Shown here in pieces: positions 14,813-24,615 of a DNA stretch of 41,021 nt (position 1 is the stretch's first letter; each line of letters begins with the position of its first letter). The DNA is from a virus. Its lineage: Duplodnaviria; Caudoviricetes. The stretch is from positions 1 through 41,021 of IMG/VR virus record IMGVR_UViG_3300048599_000828; one strand, given 5' to 3'. Position numbers and translations under genes: made by a program. The notes below the pieces were generated by a model that ran no database searches, was not told the origin of the DNA, and was given only the letters and a program-made list of their open reading frames with translations.

Positions 14813-16399
14813 ATGACGACGTGGTACGTGCAGCGCGACTACGACACGCTCATTTCCGAGAACCTGCTGAACGATCAGCCGGATGGTTCGGGGAGCTATG
14901 GCTATCCGGCGGCCGGAGACACGGTGAATGGAAACGGCAAGAGTGAAGTCTACATCAACGCCAGTTGCCCGCTCTATGACGGTGTAATTCTCCAAGGCTG
15001 TAATTACATCCTCACGAGCGCGTACTCGTTCGGTGACGGATCGTCGCCACTATCCGTGGACTTCACTGGCGCAGTTTACGGGCGGCTGCAAACCGGCGCC
15101 TACCTGCTGGAGATCACCAAGGGCTTCACGTTCAACGGCAACGTGACAATCAACGCCAGTGGAGAGCTTCGGTTACGTGGGCTCGTTGCTGGAGACATCA
15201 TCGTCGAAGCCGGCGGCTCGCTGTATTATGTTCCGAGCGGATCGTACACGGGAAACGTCAGTGGCGGTGGGAAGATCAACCTCGCCGAGATGCCGACGTT
15301 CTTGCTTGGCGGCCCGTATCAGATCAACGGGAATGATTACATCCCGTCGACGGAAGAAGCCACGCGCAACACCGACCCCGGCGTTGACAATGTCGCGGAT
15401 GGCGTGACCTACAAGATCCAGGGGGTGGATAAAGAGGGGACGTTGGTCGGTGGCGGCGGTACGGCCCCGACCGTCGACGAGATCGCCGCTCGTTTGCTCA
15501 CCAACCCGGATAACAAGATCACCAGCGACGCGTCGGGCAACGTTCGGGCGGTCGACGGTTCAGGAAATGCGATCGCGCCGGCATCAACAGCGCTCAGTAG
15601 CACTGTCTATACCAATTCTCGCGCGGGCTACCTCGACTACCTCAACGTCGGAGGCAACGTTGCAAGCTCGGCCGAGGTCGTGGTGATCCAGAACAACACG
15701 CGGTGCGTGCGTGTGGTGCCTCAGCAGATGCCGAGGCCGGCCGATGGATCGGCGACCTACAGGATCGAGCTATTCCTCTACGATGCCGCCGGAGCGATGG
15801 AAGCTCCGGACTCCGCCCCGACGTTGTCAGTGGTCAATGCCATCGGAACCGACAGGTCGGCAAACCTCGATTCCGGAACAATGACACTCGTTTCAACGGG
15901 TCGTTACCGATCCACCTACACCGTGGCAAGCACGCACGCCGCGGAGGAATTGATAATCACGTTTTCCGTCACTGAAGGCGGAGCAACCCGCGTCTACGCG
16001 AATGCCGCGATCGTCTGCGACACGGTGGCCGTCGACTTCACGGCGGCCGATCGTGCCAAGCTCGGCGCCCTGGCCGACGATCGCCTGACGGCAGCCAGAG
16101 CGGCAAAGCTCGATGCGGTGGCCCAGGTCGGATCGGCTATGGGCCTTGCCGACGGAGCGATCAAGGCAGCGACGATCACCGACGGGGCGATCACGTCGGC
16201 CAAGTTCACAATCGGAACGATCGCTGGGCCGGCTACGGGCATCCTCGAGCAATTGCGCCAGCTTTGGCGGAGATTCTTCGCTAAGGCCACGGCCACGAGC
16301 TCGGCCATGACCACGTACGCCGACGACGGAACGACGGCGATTACCACGCAGGGCGTGAGCGACGACGGCACAACGCAGACCGTGGGGGCGGCCCAATGA
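14813..16399 (+). CDS. Putative virion accessory protein (beta-rich N-terminus, Ig/BppU-like middle domain)
   Basis: G/T/S/A-rich 528-aa ORF; beta-helix-like N-terminus; IELFLYDAAG...STGRYRSTYTV; ends TYADDGTT...QTVGAA. Confidence 0.55.
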   Translation: MTTWYVQRDYDTLISENLLNDQPDGSGSYGYPAAGDTVNGNGKSEVYINASCPLYDGVILQGCNYILTSAYSFGDGSSPLSVDFTGAVYGRLQTGAYLLEITKGFTFNGNVTINASGELRLRGLVAGDIIVEAGGSLYYVPSGSYTGNVSGGGKINLAEMPTFLLGGPYQINGNDYIPSTEEATRNTDPGVDNVADGVTYKIQGVDKEGTLVGGGGTAPTVDEIAARLLTNPDNKITSDASGNVRAVDGSGNAIAPASTALSSTVYTNSRAGYLDYLNVGGNVASSAEVVVIQNNTRCVRVVPQQMPRPADGSATYRIELFLYDAAGAMEAPDSAPTLSVVNAIGTDRSANLDSGTMTLVSTGRYRSTYTVASTHAAEELIITFSVTEGGATRVYANAAIVCDTVAVDFTAADRAKLGALADDRLTAARAAKLDAVAQVGSAMGLADGAIKAATITDGAITSAKFTIGTIAGPATGILEQLRQLWRRFFAKATATSSAMTTYADDGTTAITTQGVSDDGTTQTVGAAQ

Positions 16400-16617
16400 G
16401 GATTGCGCCTACACCGGGCATTATCGACCGGCTCTACCTGGTGGCTCCGCCGTTCTCGCGGCGGCCGTCACCGGTCGAGCCGGCTATCGTCTATGGCGTG
16501 GAGGCCAGGGAAGTCTACCTGCCGGACATTGCCCGCTGCGTGAGCATGGCAGGTTCGCCAGCAACCATGGTCGCAATGCCAGGTGCCGAGGCGGGATCGG
16601 TTTGGACAACCATTTAG
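16396..16617 (+). CDS. Hypothetical protein
   Basis: ATGA overlap; fills the gap to the next RBS. Confidence 0.5.
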   Translation: MRIAPTPGIIDRLYLVAPPFSRRPSPVEPAIVYGVEAREVYLPDIARCVSMAGSPATMVAMPGAEAGSVWTTI

Positions 16618-16630
16618 GGAGGAAATTCCG

Positions 16631-17029
16631 ATGGCGGACGCGAACGAATACCGGAAGTCGATCTACAAGGATGGCTCGGCAACGTGCCTCGCCCGTGTGC
16701 TCGATGTCGACGGCCAACCGATCACGGTCGCGTCGATCGAGTCGGCCACCTACACGATCGCGTTGATTGACCCGATGGATGAAGACGGCGATACGCCCGT
16801 CGTGAACCACGCCGACGTGGCGTTGACGCCGGCTGACATTATCTTCGACACATTGCAGAAGGACGCGGCATGGTCGACGGACGCAGACGGCTACAACTTC
16901 CGGCACACGATCGACGTCAGCGAGCACGCGGCATTCACGCATCGTGGCAAGGAGTATCGGGTCACCTACAAGCTGATCCCCGACGAGGGGCAGGTGATCA
17001 TCTTGCGATTCCGGCTCAAGGCGATCTGA
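16631..17029 (+). CDS. Hypothetical beta-rich protein (possibly structural)
   Basis: GGAGG RBS before ATG 16631; 132 aa. Confidence 0.65.
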   Translation: MADANEYRKSIYKDGSATCLARVLDVDGQPITVASIESATYTIALIDPMDEDGDTPVVNHADVALTPADIIFDTLQKDAAWSTDADGYNFRHTIDVSEHAAFTHRGKEYRVTYKLIPDEGQVIILRFRLKAI

Positions 17030-17060
17030 ACAGTCAACGGGCCCCGGGGGGCCGGGCGTC

Positions 17061-17115
17061 GGGTCCTTCCTGGCATACCCGTGCAGGGATCCCGCCCCGC
17101 AGGCCGCGCCTTTTA
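17061..17115 (+). other. Candidate cos site (cosQ-like GGGTCCT plus downstream cosN region)
   Basis: GGGTCCT at 17061-17067 is identical to lambda cosQ and lies in the noncoding gap upstream of TerS. Confidence 0.55.
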
Positions 17116-17188
17116 TACACACGGCGCGCCGAGGGGCCGGTAAGTAACTCTTTCCAGCACGGCGCGCAGCCGCTGGACAGGACAGGCG

Positions 17189-17806
17189 ATGGCTGAACAG
17201 CCGGATCGAGGGGGTGGGGTAGATCGCAAGCTAGCGGATGTCGCTCGGGAAAAGCTGCGAACAGGGAAGCGGCCATCGCGGGAAGAACTGGCGGCGTTGC
17301 GGCGTTGGGAAAAGGCGGAACAGGAGCGTTTGCGGTGGGAGCACTACGGCGCGTGCCCGAAAAAGATCTACCTGGCGATGGCCAACCGCCAGGCCAAGGT
17401 CGTGAACGATCAGGCCATGCGCTACGGGCTGCCGGTCGACGGGCCGATTATCAATCTCGGCGCGGTGATCCACTGGCTGCACGACTTCCTGGCCAGCCAC
17501 AAGTACTCCGGAGACGAGGAGGAAGAGTCTTCCATCGAACTGGACGCCGCCGAGCGGTTGAAGGAAGAGCAGTTCCTGACCGCCCGGCTGAAGCGACTCG
17601 AGCTCGAAGGCCAGCTCGTACGCCGCGACCTTGCGCGGGAATGGCTGGACGGCCTGGCCGCCAGCCTCCGCAACCTGCGAACCGAGCTGGCCGCGTACCC
17701 CGGAGCCGTGCAACTCCTGGAAGAGCTGTTGGATGATTGGCAACGCAATCTGGATGATCATTTTGACGGCGCTCCTGACGACGCTGAATCCACGAGCGAC
17801 GTATGA
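17189..17806 (+). CDS. Terminase small subunit (Nu1-like)
   Basis: HTH-like INLGAVIHW and coiled coil ARLKRLELEGQLVRRD; directly upstream of TerL. Confidence 0.78.
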   Translation: MAEQPDRGGGVDRKLADVAREKLRTGKRPSREELAALRRWEKAEQERLRWEHYGACPKKIYLAMANRQAKVVNDQAMRYGLPVDGPIINLGAVIHWLHDFLASHKYSGDEEEESSIELDAAERLKEEQFLTARLKRLELEGQLVRRDLAREWLDGLAASLRNLRTELAAYPGAVQLLEELLDDWQRNLDDHFDGAPDDAESTSDV

Positions 17807-19778
17807 GGAGCTTCGCGCGATGCGCGAGCGGGTCCGTGTGCCAGAGCGCCGCGGGCTGATGGAGTTTGCCCCGAAGGAGATCGTGGTCCCGAAGGGCAAG
17901 TACAAGAACCTGAAGTTCCGGTTCCGCACCCAGCCCTACGTGCGGTTGCTGTACGCCGCGATCGACAGCGCGCAATGGCCACGTACCGTCGTGGTCGGCT
18001 GCGTCCAGAGCGGCAAGACGTTCTCCGGGTCCGTCGTGCCGACCATGCACAGCCTCTTCGAACTCGAGGAGGAAACCGTGTTTGGCCTCCCGACGATGGA
18101 CATGGCCAACGACAAGTGGACCAAGGAGATTTTGCCAGCCATCCGCGCCAGCAGGTACAAGCGGCTCATTCCCTGGCGCGGCCGGGGAAGCCGCGGCGGT
18201 ACGAGCAACCTCGAGTCGGTCCAATTTCGAAACGGCGCGACGCTCAAATTCATGAGCGCCCACGGCGGCGACGAAAAGCGATCTGGATTCACCGGCCGGA
18301 CCCTCGTGATCACCGAAGTCGACAAGTGCGACACGGCCGCGGCCAGCTCGCGAGAGACGGATCCCGTAAGCCAGATGGAAGCACGCCTCGGAAGCTACAC
18401 GTGGCGCGAACGGCGGATCTTCCTGGAGTGCACGGTCTCCGTGAAGCAAGGCCGGATTTGGCGCGAGTACGTCGCGGGGACGGCCAGTCGGATCGTATGC
18501 CCGTGCCCGCATTGCGGCGAGTACGTGACGCCAGAGCGTGAGCACCTCCGCGGCTGGCAGGAGGCTGCGACGAAGCTCGAGGCCGCTGAACGAGCCCATT
18601 TCGTCTGCCCGGCCTGCGAGCACGCGCTGAGCGAACATGAGCGGACTGATATGAACCTGGCGGCCGTGCTGGTCCACCGCGGCCAGACGATCGACAGGGA
18701 TGGAAAGATTCAGGGAGATCCGCCGGCGACCGACACCTTGGGGTTCCGCTGGAACGCATTCAACAACCTGTTCTGGACCCCTGGCGACATCGGGATGAAG
18801 GAGTGGGCCGCAAAGCGTTCCGAGCACGCTGAAGAGGCCGAAAAGGAGCTTTGCCAGTTCTACTGGGTTCAGCCCTACGCGCCGCCGGAGTTCGATCTAA
18901 CGCCCTTGGAGCCCGAGCAGATTCGGCTCCGGGTGGGTCGCGAACGCCGGGGCATCGTGCCCGCCGACGCAACCTGTTTGACGATGGGCGTGGACCTCGG
19001 GAAATACGTCGGATGGTGGGTCCTGATGGGCTGGTTCGAGAGCGGGTCCAGTCTGATTGTTGACTATGGAACGATCGAGATTCCGGGGGCGTCGATGGAC
19101 GTCGCCAAGGCGATCGAAAGGGGCCTGCAGACGTTCCGTGACGAATGCGTGATGCTCGGGTGGCAGACGAGTGACGGCCGGACTCTCCTGCCCGATCAGG
19201 TGTGGGTCGACACCGGATACTACTCCGACGCGGTCTACGCGTTCATCCGGGAGTCGCGTCCCCGGTTCATGGCCGTCGACGGCCTGGGCTACGGGCAACA
19301 CTACCGCCGGCGTTACTCGCGGCCGTCGAAGACCGGTGCCGAGGTGGTGCTCATCGGCGACGAATACCACGTGATGTGGCGGCCTCTGCATCAAGTGCAC
19401 GTCGTCGAGGAAAACGTCGACCACTGGAAGACGTGGCTGCACGACCGCCTGCGGACGCCGGCGGAAGAGCCCGGGGCGATGCGATTCTATTACGATCCGG
19501 ATCCCAACGCGCACGTCGCGCTGTCGCAACAACTGTGCGCGGAGCGGCCGGTGGAGAAGTTCATTGAAGGCCGCGGGCTGGTCAAGGTCTGGGAGCGCAA
19601 ACGTCGCGGCGGCCGTAAGAACCACTATCTTGATGACGTGGCCTACGCCTCCGCGGCCGCCCACATGTGTGGCGTGCGGCTGGTGGCGCCGCCGGCGCCC
19701 ACGGCGAGGCCGGCCGCGGCCGTGACCAGCCCGCTACGGACGCCCGATGGCCGTCCGTACCTACTCACCCAACGCTAA
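17754..19778 (+). CDS. Terminase large subunit, lambda GpA family
   Basis: QPY motif, Walker A VQSGKT, Walker B VITEVD, CPCPHCGE/CPAC Zn motif, nuclease MGVDLG...VDTGY...NHYLD. Start 17754 or 17820. Confidence 0.93.
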   Translation: MIILTALLTTLNPRATYEELRAMRERVRVPERRGLMEFAPKEIVVPKGKYKNLKFRFRTQPYVRLLYAAIDSAQWPRTVVVGCVQSGKTFSGSVVPTMHSLFELEEETVFGLPTMDMANDKWTKEILPAIRASRYKRLIPWRGRGSRGGTSNLESVQFRNGATLKFMSAHGGDEKRSGFTGRTLVITEVDKCDTAAASSRETDPVSQMEARLGSYTWRERRIFLECTVSVKQGRIWREYVAGTASRIVCPCPHCGEYVTPEREHLRGWQEAATKLEAAERAHFVCPACEHALSEHERTDMNLAAVLVHRGQTIDRDGKIQGDPPATDTLGFRWNAFNNLFWTPGDIGMKEWAAKRSEHAEEAEKELCQFYWVQPYAPPEFDLTPLEPEQIRLRVGRERRGIVPADATCLTMGVDLGKYVGWWVLMGWFESGSSLIVDYGTIEIPGASMDVAKAIERGLQTFRDECVMLGWQTSDGRTLLPDQVWVDTGYYSDAVYAFIRESRPRFMAVDGLGYGQHYRRRYSRPSKTGAEVVLIGDEYHVMWRPLHQVHVVEENVDHWKTWLHDRLRTPAEEPGAMRFYYDPDPNAHVALSQQLCAERPVEKFIEGRGLVKVWERKRRGGRKNHYLDDVAYASAAAHMCGVRLVAPPAPTARPAAAVTSPLRTPDGRPYLLTQR

Positions 19779-19798
19779 CCCTCAAGGAGTGTCGGACC

Positions 19799-20224
19799 AT
19801 GGCGAAGAAGCCAACCCCCGCGTCCCCGCGGATTCCCGCGGAGCTGATGACGATTCCCACCTCTGCGGAGCGACCTATTTCCGCGCCGGAGACGCCGGCC
19901 GACCCGGACGCCGCGACCGCGCCGCCGGCCATCATGCGAACCGAGCCGCCAGCCCCGGAGGCGAGGAAATACCCGATGGACGCTCTCGTGATGCCTCTGG
20001 TGTCATCCGCGGAGGCGTCTGGAGGATACGTCCCAAAGCACGTGGACGTGCAGCTCGACGCCAATCAGGGCTTGTTCCTGGCCCGGCTCGTCGCCGGGCT
20101 GGACCGCGATCACGCGCGGCTGCTCAACGGGCGTGCCGTCCAGACAAAGGCGGACACCATCCGGTGGCTCTTGGAGCGCTGCGCGGAACTGACGACGGAC
20201 ATCGCGGATAGCCAGACGGCGTGA
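19799..20224 (+). CDS. Hypothetical protein
   Basis: AAGGAG RBS; Pro-rich N-terminus, helical C-terminus. Confidence 0.65.
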   Translation: MAKKPTPASPRIPAELMTIPTSAERPISAPETPADPDAATAPPAIMRTEPPAPEARKYPMDALVMPLVSSAEASGGYVPKHVDVQLDANQGLFLARLVAGLDRDHARLLNGRAVQTKADTIRWLLERCAELTTDIADSQTA

Positions 20225-20311
20225 GTCGAGCATCCGGTCCGAAAAAAATACGGTCCATACGGCGCCGTATGCTGTGCTGTCGCGGCATGGCCGGCGATAT
20301 CATGATCCCTC

Positions 20312-20596
20312 ATGTCAACGGCTCAAGCAACTCTCGTCGCCGTCCGGACTGCGTACCTGGAGAACGCCGACTATGCGTCCGTGGAGTCGCTGGCCAAGGC
20401 CCAGGACTTCGCGACCGCGTGCCGGAGACTGCTGTTGCTTCTCCCCCAGCACACCGGCGAAGCCGGCTTTGAGACCGATTTCGACCCAGCGGTTCTGCAG
20501 GCGGAGGCCCGCGAAGCCGAACGCTGGATCGCAACGTATCGCGCCGCATCGGGTTCCGGCTCGGTGAATCACTTCTCCTTTCGGAACTTCCGATGA
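20312..20596 (+). CDS. Putative head completion protein (gpW position)
   Basis: Small helical ORF whose stop overlaps the portal start; assigned by synteny. Confidence 0.55.
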   Translation: MSTAQATLVAVRTAYLENADYASVESLAKAQDFATACRRLLLLLPQHTGEAGFETDFDPAVLQAEAREAERWIATYRAASGSGSVNHFSFRNFR

Positions 20597-22191
20597 CGCG
20601 CCGGGTGCGGAGCCAAGTCGAGGTCGGATCCACGCTGGCGGAATCCTTCGCCGGATTGCGCGCCGATTACGACGCCGCCCGGCCCAGCATCTACCGGCGA
20701 GCCCGAGTGGGGATCGTCCCGGGCGGCAGCTCGGCCGACTACCACTACCGATCGGCCGGCCACTACTTCGGCATGATGGAGCTGGCGCGGGACATCTTCC
20801 GCAACAACATCGTGGTCGGACAGGGAATCCGGCGTCTGGTGGCGAACATCGTCCAGGACGGGTTCAATCCCGATCCTCAGTCGCCCGACAAGGTGCTGAA
20901 CGACGAACACTCCGCAATGTGGGAGGAGTGGGCCAAGGACCCTGAGCAGTGCGACGTGATGGGCGAGCTGAATTTCGTCGACCAGCTCGACCTCGCCCTG
21001 CAGCAGACGATCGTTGACGGGGACGTGCTGACGCTCCTGCCCGAGACGCCCCAACTCCAAATGTTCGAGGCCCATCGCCTCCGCACACCGAGGAACACGA
21101 AGAAGAACGTGGTCCACGGCGTGCTGGTCGACGGCATGCGACGCCGGCGAGAATACTGGATCACAAAGGATGACGTCGACCTCTCGAGCGTCGTCGAGCG
21201 CGTGAGCGACATTACGCCTTATCCCGCCCGGGATGACGAGGGACACCGACGCGTGGTCCACCTCTACCGACCGGACCGGATGACGCAGACCCGCGGCGTG
21301 ACCGCGCTTGCAGCGCCGGCCGACACCGCCGGGATGGGCGACGACCTGATGTTCGCCCAGTTGGTCAAGGCCCAGGCGGCGAGCTGCTTTACGATCCTCC
21401 ACGAAATGGCGGCCGGGAGCATGCCCGTTCCTCGGTCGCAGAAGGGTGAGGCGACCGAGGAGACGCGGCCCGACGGGTCGACCCGCCGGATCGAAGGGGT
21501 GAGCCCAGGTATGGAGCTCTTCGGGTTCCCTGGGGAGACTCTGAAGGGCTTTTCTCCGAACATCCCGAACCCGGAATTCTTCGAGCACGCCTCGCTGATC
21601 CTGTCGTTCATCGGGATCAATCTCGACCTGCCCCTGATGATCTTGCTGCTGGACCCTTCGAAGACCAACTTCTCGGCCTGGCGCGGCGCGATGGACCAGG
21701 CCAAGATGCGGTTCCGCAAGTTCCAGTGGTGGCTCCGCGATCACTACTGCCGGCCGATCTACGAATGGAAGGTCCGGCAATGGGCCAGCCGCGACCCCGC
21801 CCGCCGCGCGGCCATGGAGCGACTGGGGAAGGCCTACTTCCGCTGTGAGTGGGGCCTGCCGAACTGGCCCTATATCGATCCACTCAAAGACGCATCGGCC
21901 GACCTGCTGGTCGAACGCAACGCGCAAAACTCTCCGCGGAGGATCCAGGCGGCCAACGGCCGTGACTTCTGGAAGGTGACCGACGAGATCATCGATGACA
22001 ACGCCTACCGGATCGTCGAGGCGAAGAAGCGGGCCGCGAAGATCAACGCCGAGTATCCGGATGACCCGGTGCACTGGCGCGAGCTGATCGGGCTGCCGCT
22101 GGCCGAGGGTGTCAATTTCTCGGTGGTCGCCGGCGGCGACGAGACGGCCAAGAACCCGGAAGGAGGCAGCGATGCCAAACCTCAAGAATGA
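20593..22191 (+). CDS. Portal protein, lambda family
   Basis: ARDIFRNN, DGDVL, QTRGV, NFSAWR, WPYIDPLKD motifs. Confidence 0.95.
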   Translation: MTRRVRSQVEVGSTLAESFAGLRADYDAARPSIYRRARVGIVPGGSSADYHYRSAGHYFGMMELARDIFRNNIVVGQGIRRLVANIVQDGFNPDPQSPDKVLNDEHSAMWEEWAKDPEQCDVMGELNFVDQLDLALQQTIVDGDVLTLLPETPQLQMFEAHRLRTPRNTKKNVVHGVLVDGMRRRREYWITKDDVDLSSVVERVSDITPYPARDDEGHRRVVHLYRPDRMTQTRGVTALAAPADTAGMGDDLMFAQLVKAQAASCFTILHEMAAGSMPVPRSQKGEATEETRPDGSTRRIEGVSPGMELFGFPGETLKGFSPNIPNPEFFEHASLILSFIGINLDLPLMILLLDPSKTNFSAWRGAMDQAKMRFRKFQWWLRDHYCRPIYEWKVRQWASRDPARRAAMERLGKAYFRCEWGLPNWPYIDPLKDASADLLVERNAQNSPRRIQAANGRDFWKVTDEIIDDNAYRIVEAKKRAAKINAEYPDDPVHWRELIGLPLAEGVNFSVVAGGDETAKNPEGGSDAKPQE

Positions 22192-23554
22192 GCCTGCGGT
22201 GATCGCCGCGGACCTCTTTGTGCGTACCCGGGGCCTCGAGGGCCTCGGTCTTGGGCATCTGGACCAGTATTTCGGGCCTTGGGCGATCCTCGAAGAGCCC
22301 TTCCGGACCGCGGTCGAACGAATCAACGGGATGGACATGGCGGCCCACGTCCGGGCAACCCAGGCTGCCACTGCCGAGCCGAAGGCCTCGTCGCGGGAGA
22401 GCGATTACCCGCTGACCTCCGACGGCGTCGCGCTGATCGCGATCCAAGGCGAAATGATGAAGTTCGCCAGCTCGCTTTCGGCCGCCACCTCCACGGTGTG
22501 GGTTCGCCGGCAGCTCCGCGCGGCTACGGCCGACGAACGAGTCAAGGCGATCCTGCTCACGATCGACTCCCCGGGAGGCACCGTGGCCGGGACCCGCGAC
22601 CTGGCCGACGACGTCGTCGCCGCCGGCCAGCGCAAACCGCTCTGGGCCTTCATTGAGGACATGGGCGCGTCGGCGGCCTATTGGGTCGCCAGCCAGGCCG
22701 AGCGCGTCTATACGAACGCGACGGCGATGGTCGGGAGCATCGGCACGTTTGCCGTGCTCGAGGATTACAGTGGCGCGGCCGCGGCCAAGGGGATCAAGGT
22801 CCACGTCCTGCGGGCCGGCGCGCACAAGGGAACCGGCGTTCCGGGAACCGAGGTCACTGCCGAGCAGCTCGCGGAGTGGCAACGCAAGGTTGACGAGCTG
22901 AACGAATTCTTCCTGGCGGGTGTCTCGGCCGGCCGCAAGCTGCCGTTGGAAAAGGTCCGCCAGTTGGCCGACGGCCGCGTCCACGTGGGCGCGGCGGCAC
23001 AGGGACTCGGGTTGACCGATGGCGTGCGATCGATCGACCAGGTCCTTGGGGAACTTTCCACCAAGGTGAGCACGCGGAGGACAAGAGCAATGTCGGAACC
23101 GACGAATGCCCCTGCCGCCGGCAATGGGCCGCGCGCGGCAACGATCCAGGAACTCAAGGCCGCCTGCCCGGGGGCCAGTGCCGACTGGCTGATGGGCCAG
23201 CTCGAGGCCTCGGCGACGGTCGAACAGGCCTCAAAGGCGCACCTCGCGGAGATGGCCAAGCAGCTCGCCGCCGCGCAGGCCGAGTTGAACGATCTGAAAA
23301 CAAAGGGGACCTCGGGCAAGGCGGCCTTCCAGCCGCTTGAGACGAGGTCGGGAACGCCGGAGCAGGACGAGTCCAGCGGCGAGCCGGTTGAGGCCTTCGA
23401 CGCCGCGGTTCGCGAGGTGATGAAGTCCGGCGCCACCCGGCAGTCAGCCGTCGCCCGAGTCGCGGCGCGCAATCCGAAGCTCCACCAGGCGTACTTGCTC
23501 GCCACGAACCCCGGCCTGCGTGCCCAGCGTCTGATCCAGGAGAAGTACTCCTAG
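22172..23554 (+). CDS. S49 (SppA-type) head maturation protease with C-terminal scaffold region
   Basis: IDSPGGTV, GASAAYWVAS, GSIG, GAHK; follows portal like lambda gpC. Confidence 0.93.
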   Translation: MPNLKNEPAVIAADLFVRTRGLEGLGLGHLDQYFGPWAILEEPFRTAVERINGMDMAAHVRATQAATAEPKASSRESDYPLTSDGVALIAIQGEMMKFASSLSAATSTVWVRRQLRAATADERVKAILLTIDSPGGTVAGTRDLADDVVAAGQRKPLWAFIEDMGASAAYWVASQAERVYTNATAMVGSIGTFAVLEDYSGAAAAKGIKVHVLRAGAHKGTGVPGTEVTAEQLAEWQRKVDELNEFFLAGVSAGRKLPLEKVRQLADGRVHVGAAAQGLGLTDGVRSIDQVLGELSTKVSTRRTRAMSEPTNAPAAGNGPRAATIQELKAACPGASADWLMGQLEASATVEQASKAHLAEMAKQLAAAQAELNDLKTKGTSGKAAFQPLETRSGTPEQDESSGEPVEAFDAAVREVMKSGATRQSAVARVAARNPKLHQAYLLATNPGLRAQRLIQEKYS

Positions 23555-23621
23555 TCCCGGCGCTGGCGCGGCCGTTTGCCTCCATCCACCAACCAACTGA
23601 ATCCACTGAAAGGCGAGAGTC

Positions 23622-24524
23622 ATGATCGTTCGAAATGGTTCGCTCACGTTCACCGCCAACCAGGCGATGGACCCGTATCTCCGCGTGAAGCTCACCGCGG
23701 GGAAGCTCGTGCCGGCCGGTGCGGCCGACGAGGATATCGGCACGCTCGAATCGCGGGTGCTCGCGGCCAACGATCCGGCCGCCGTTGTGCCGCGCAACGT
23801 TCACGGCACGATCAAGATGGTCGCCGCCGGCACCATCGCCCAGTTCGCCACGGTCTACGCCGCGGCCGCCGGAAAGATCGCCGATTCCGGCGCGATCATC
23901 CGTGGTCTGGCCCTTCAGGCGGCCAGCGGAAACGGCAGCATCATCGAGGTGTTGCCCATGTCGGACGCGATCCTTGGGACCGTCGCCCGGGCGAACCTCC
24001 AGGAGGACGCGCTCCAGTCCTACCCGATCGTGCTGATCAATCTGCGGGTGCACGACGCCATCCAGACGAACCTCGTCACGACCGCGTCCAGCGATGACCT
24101 GGCCGTGATCGGCGGCACGTTCGGGACGGACGCGGTGAAGGTCCAGTCGAGCGACGCGAAGGCCACCAGCGTCACGCAATACGCTCGTTTCCAGGTCGCA
24201 GTCCCGCCGGAGTACGTCGCCGGAGGCGACGCCAAGCTCCGGATCAACGCCGGCATGATCACCACGGTTTCCGACACGTCGGCCACGATCGACGTGGAGG
24301 CGTTCCGGCAGGCCGCGCCGACGGCGGACATCTGCGCCACTGCGGCCCAGTCGATCAACAGTCTCACCGCGGCCAACAAGGATTTTGCGCTCACGGCGAC
24401 CAACCTCGTCCCGGGCGACATCCTGGACGTCCGCGTCAAGGTGGCGATCGCCGACTCGGCCACCGCCACGGCCGTGATCGGACAGCTCAACAAGATCGAG
24501 CTGCTCCTGGACATCAAGGGTTAA
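23622..24524 (+). CDS. Capsid cement/decoration protein (DUF2190-like) with C-terminal extension
   Basis: First ~110 aa: TFTANQAM...GTIKMVAAGTI...VYAAAAGKI...GLALQAASGNGSIIEVL; position between protease and capsid. Confidence 0.75.
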   Translation: MIVRNGSLTFTANQAMDPYLRVKLTAGKLVPAGAADEDIGTLESRVLAANDPAAVVPRNVHGTIKMVAAGTIAQFATVYAAAAGKIADSGAIIRGLALQAASGNGSIIEVLPMSDAILGTVARANLQEDALQSYPIVLINLRVHDAIQTNLVTTASSDDLAVIGGTFGTDAVKVQSSDAKATSVTQYARFQVAVPPEYVAGGDAKLRINAGMITTVSDTSATIDVEAFRQAAPTADICATAAQSINSLTAANKDFALTATNLVPGDILDVRVKVAIADSATATAVIGQLNKIELLLDIKG

Positions 24525-24615
24525 CACACACCAGCGCGGCCCGATGGGTCGTGCGCGGGCGGGGCCCGGGCCGACCTGGATGTGAGCCGACGAACCACGA
24601 AAGGAACGTTTTTCC

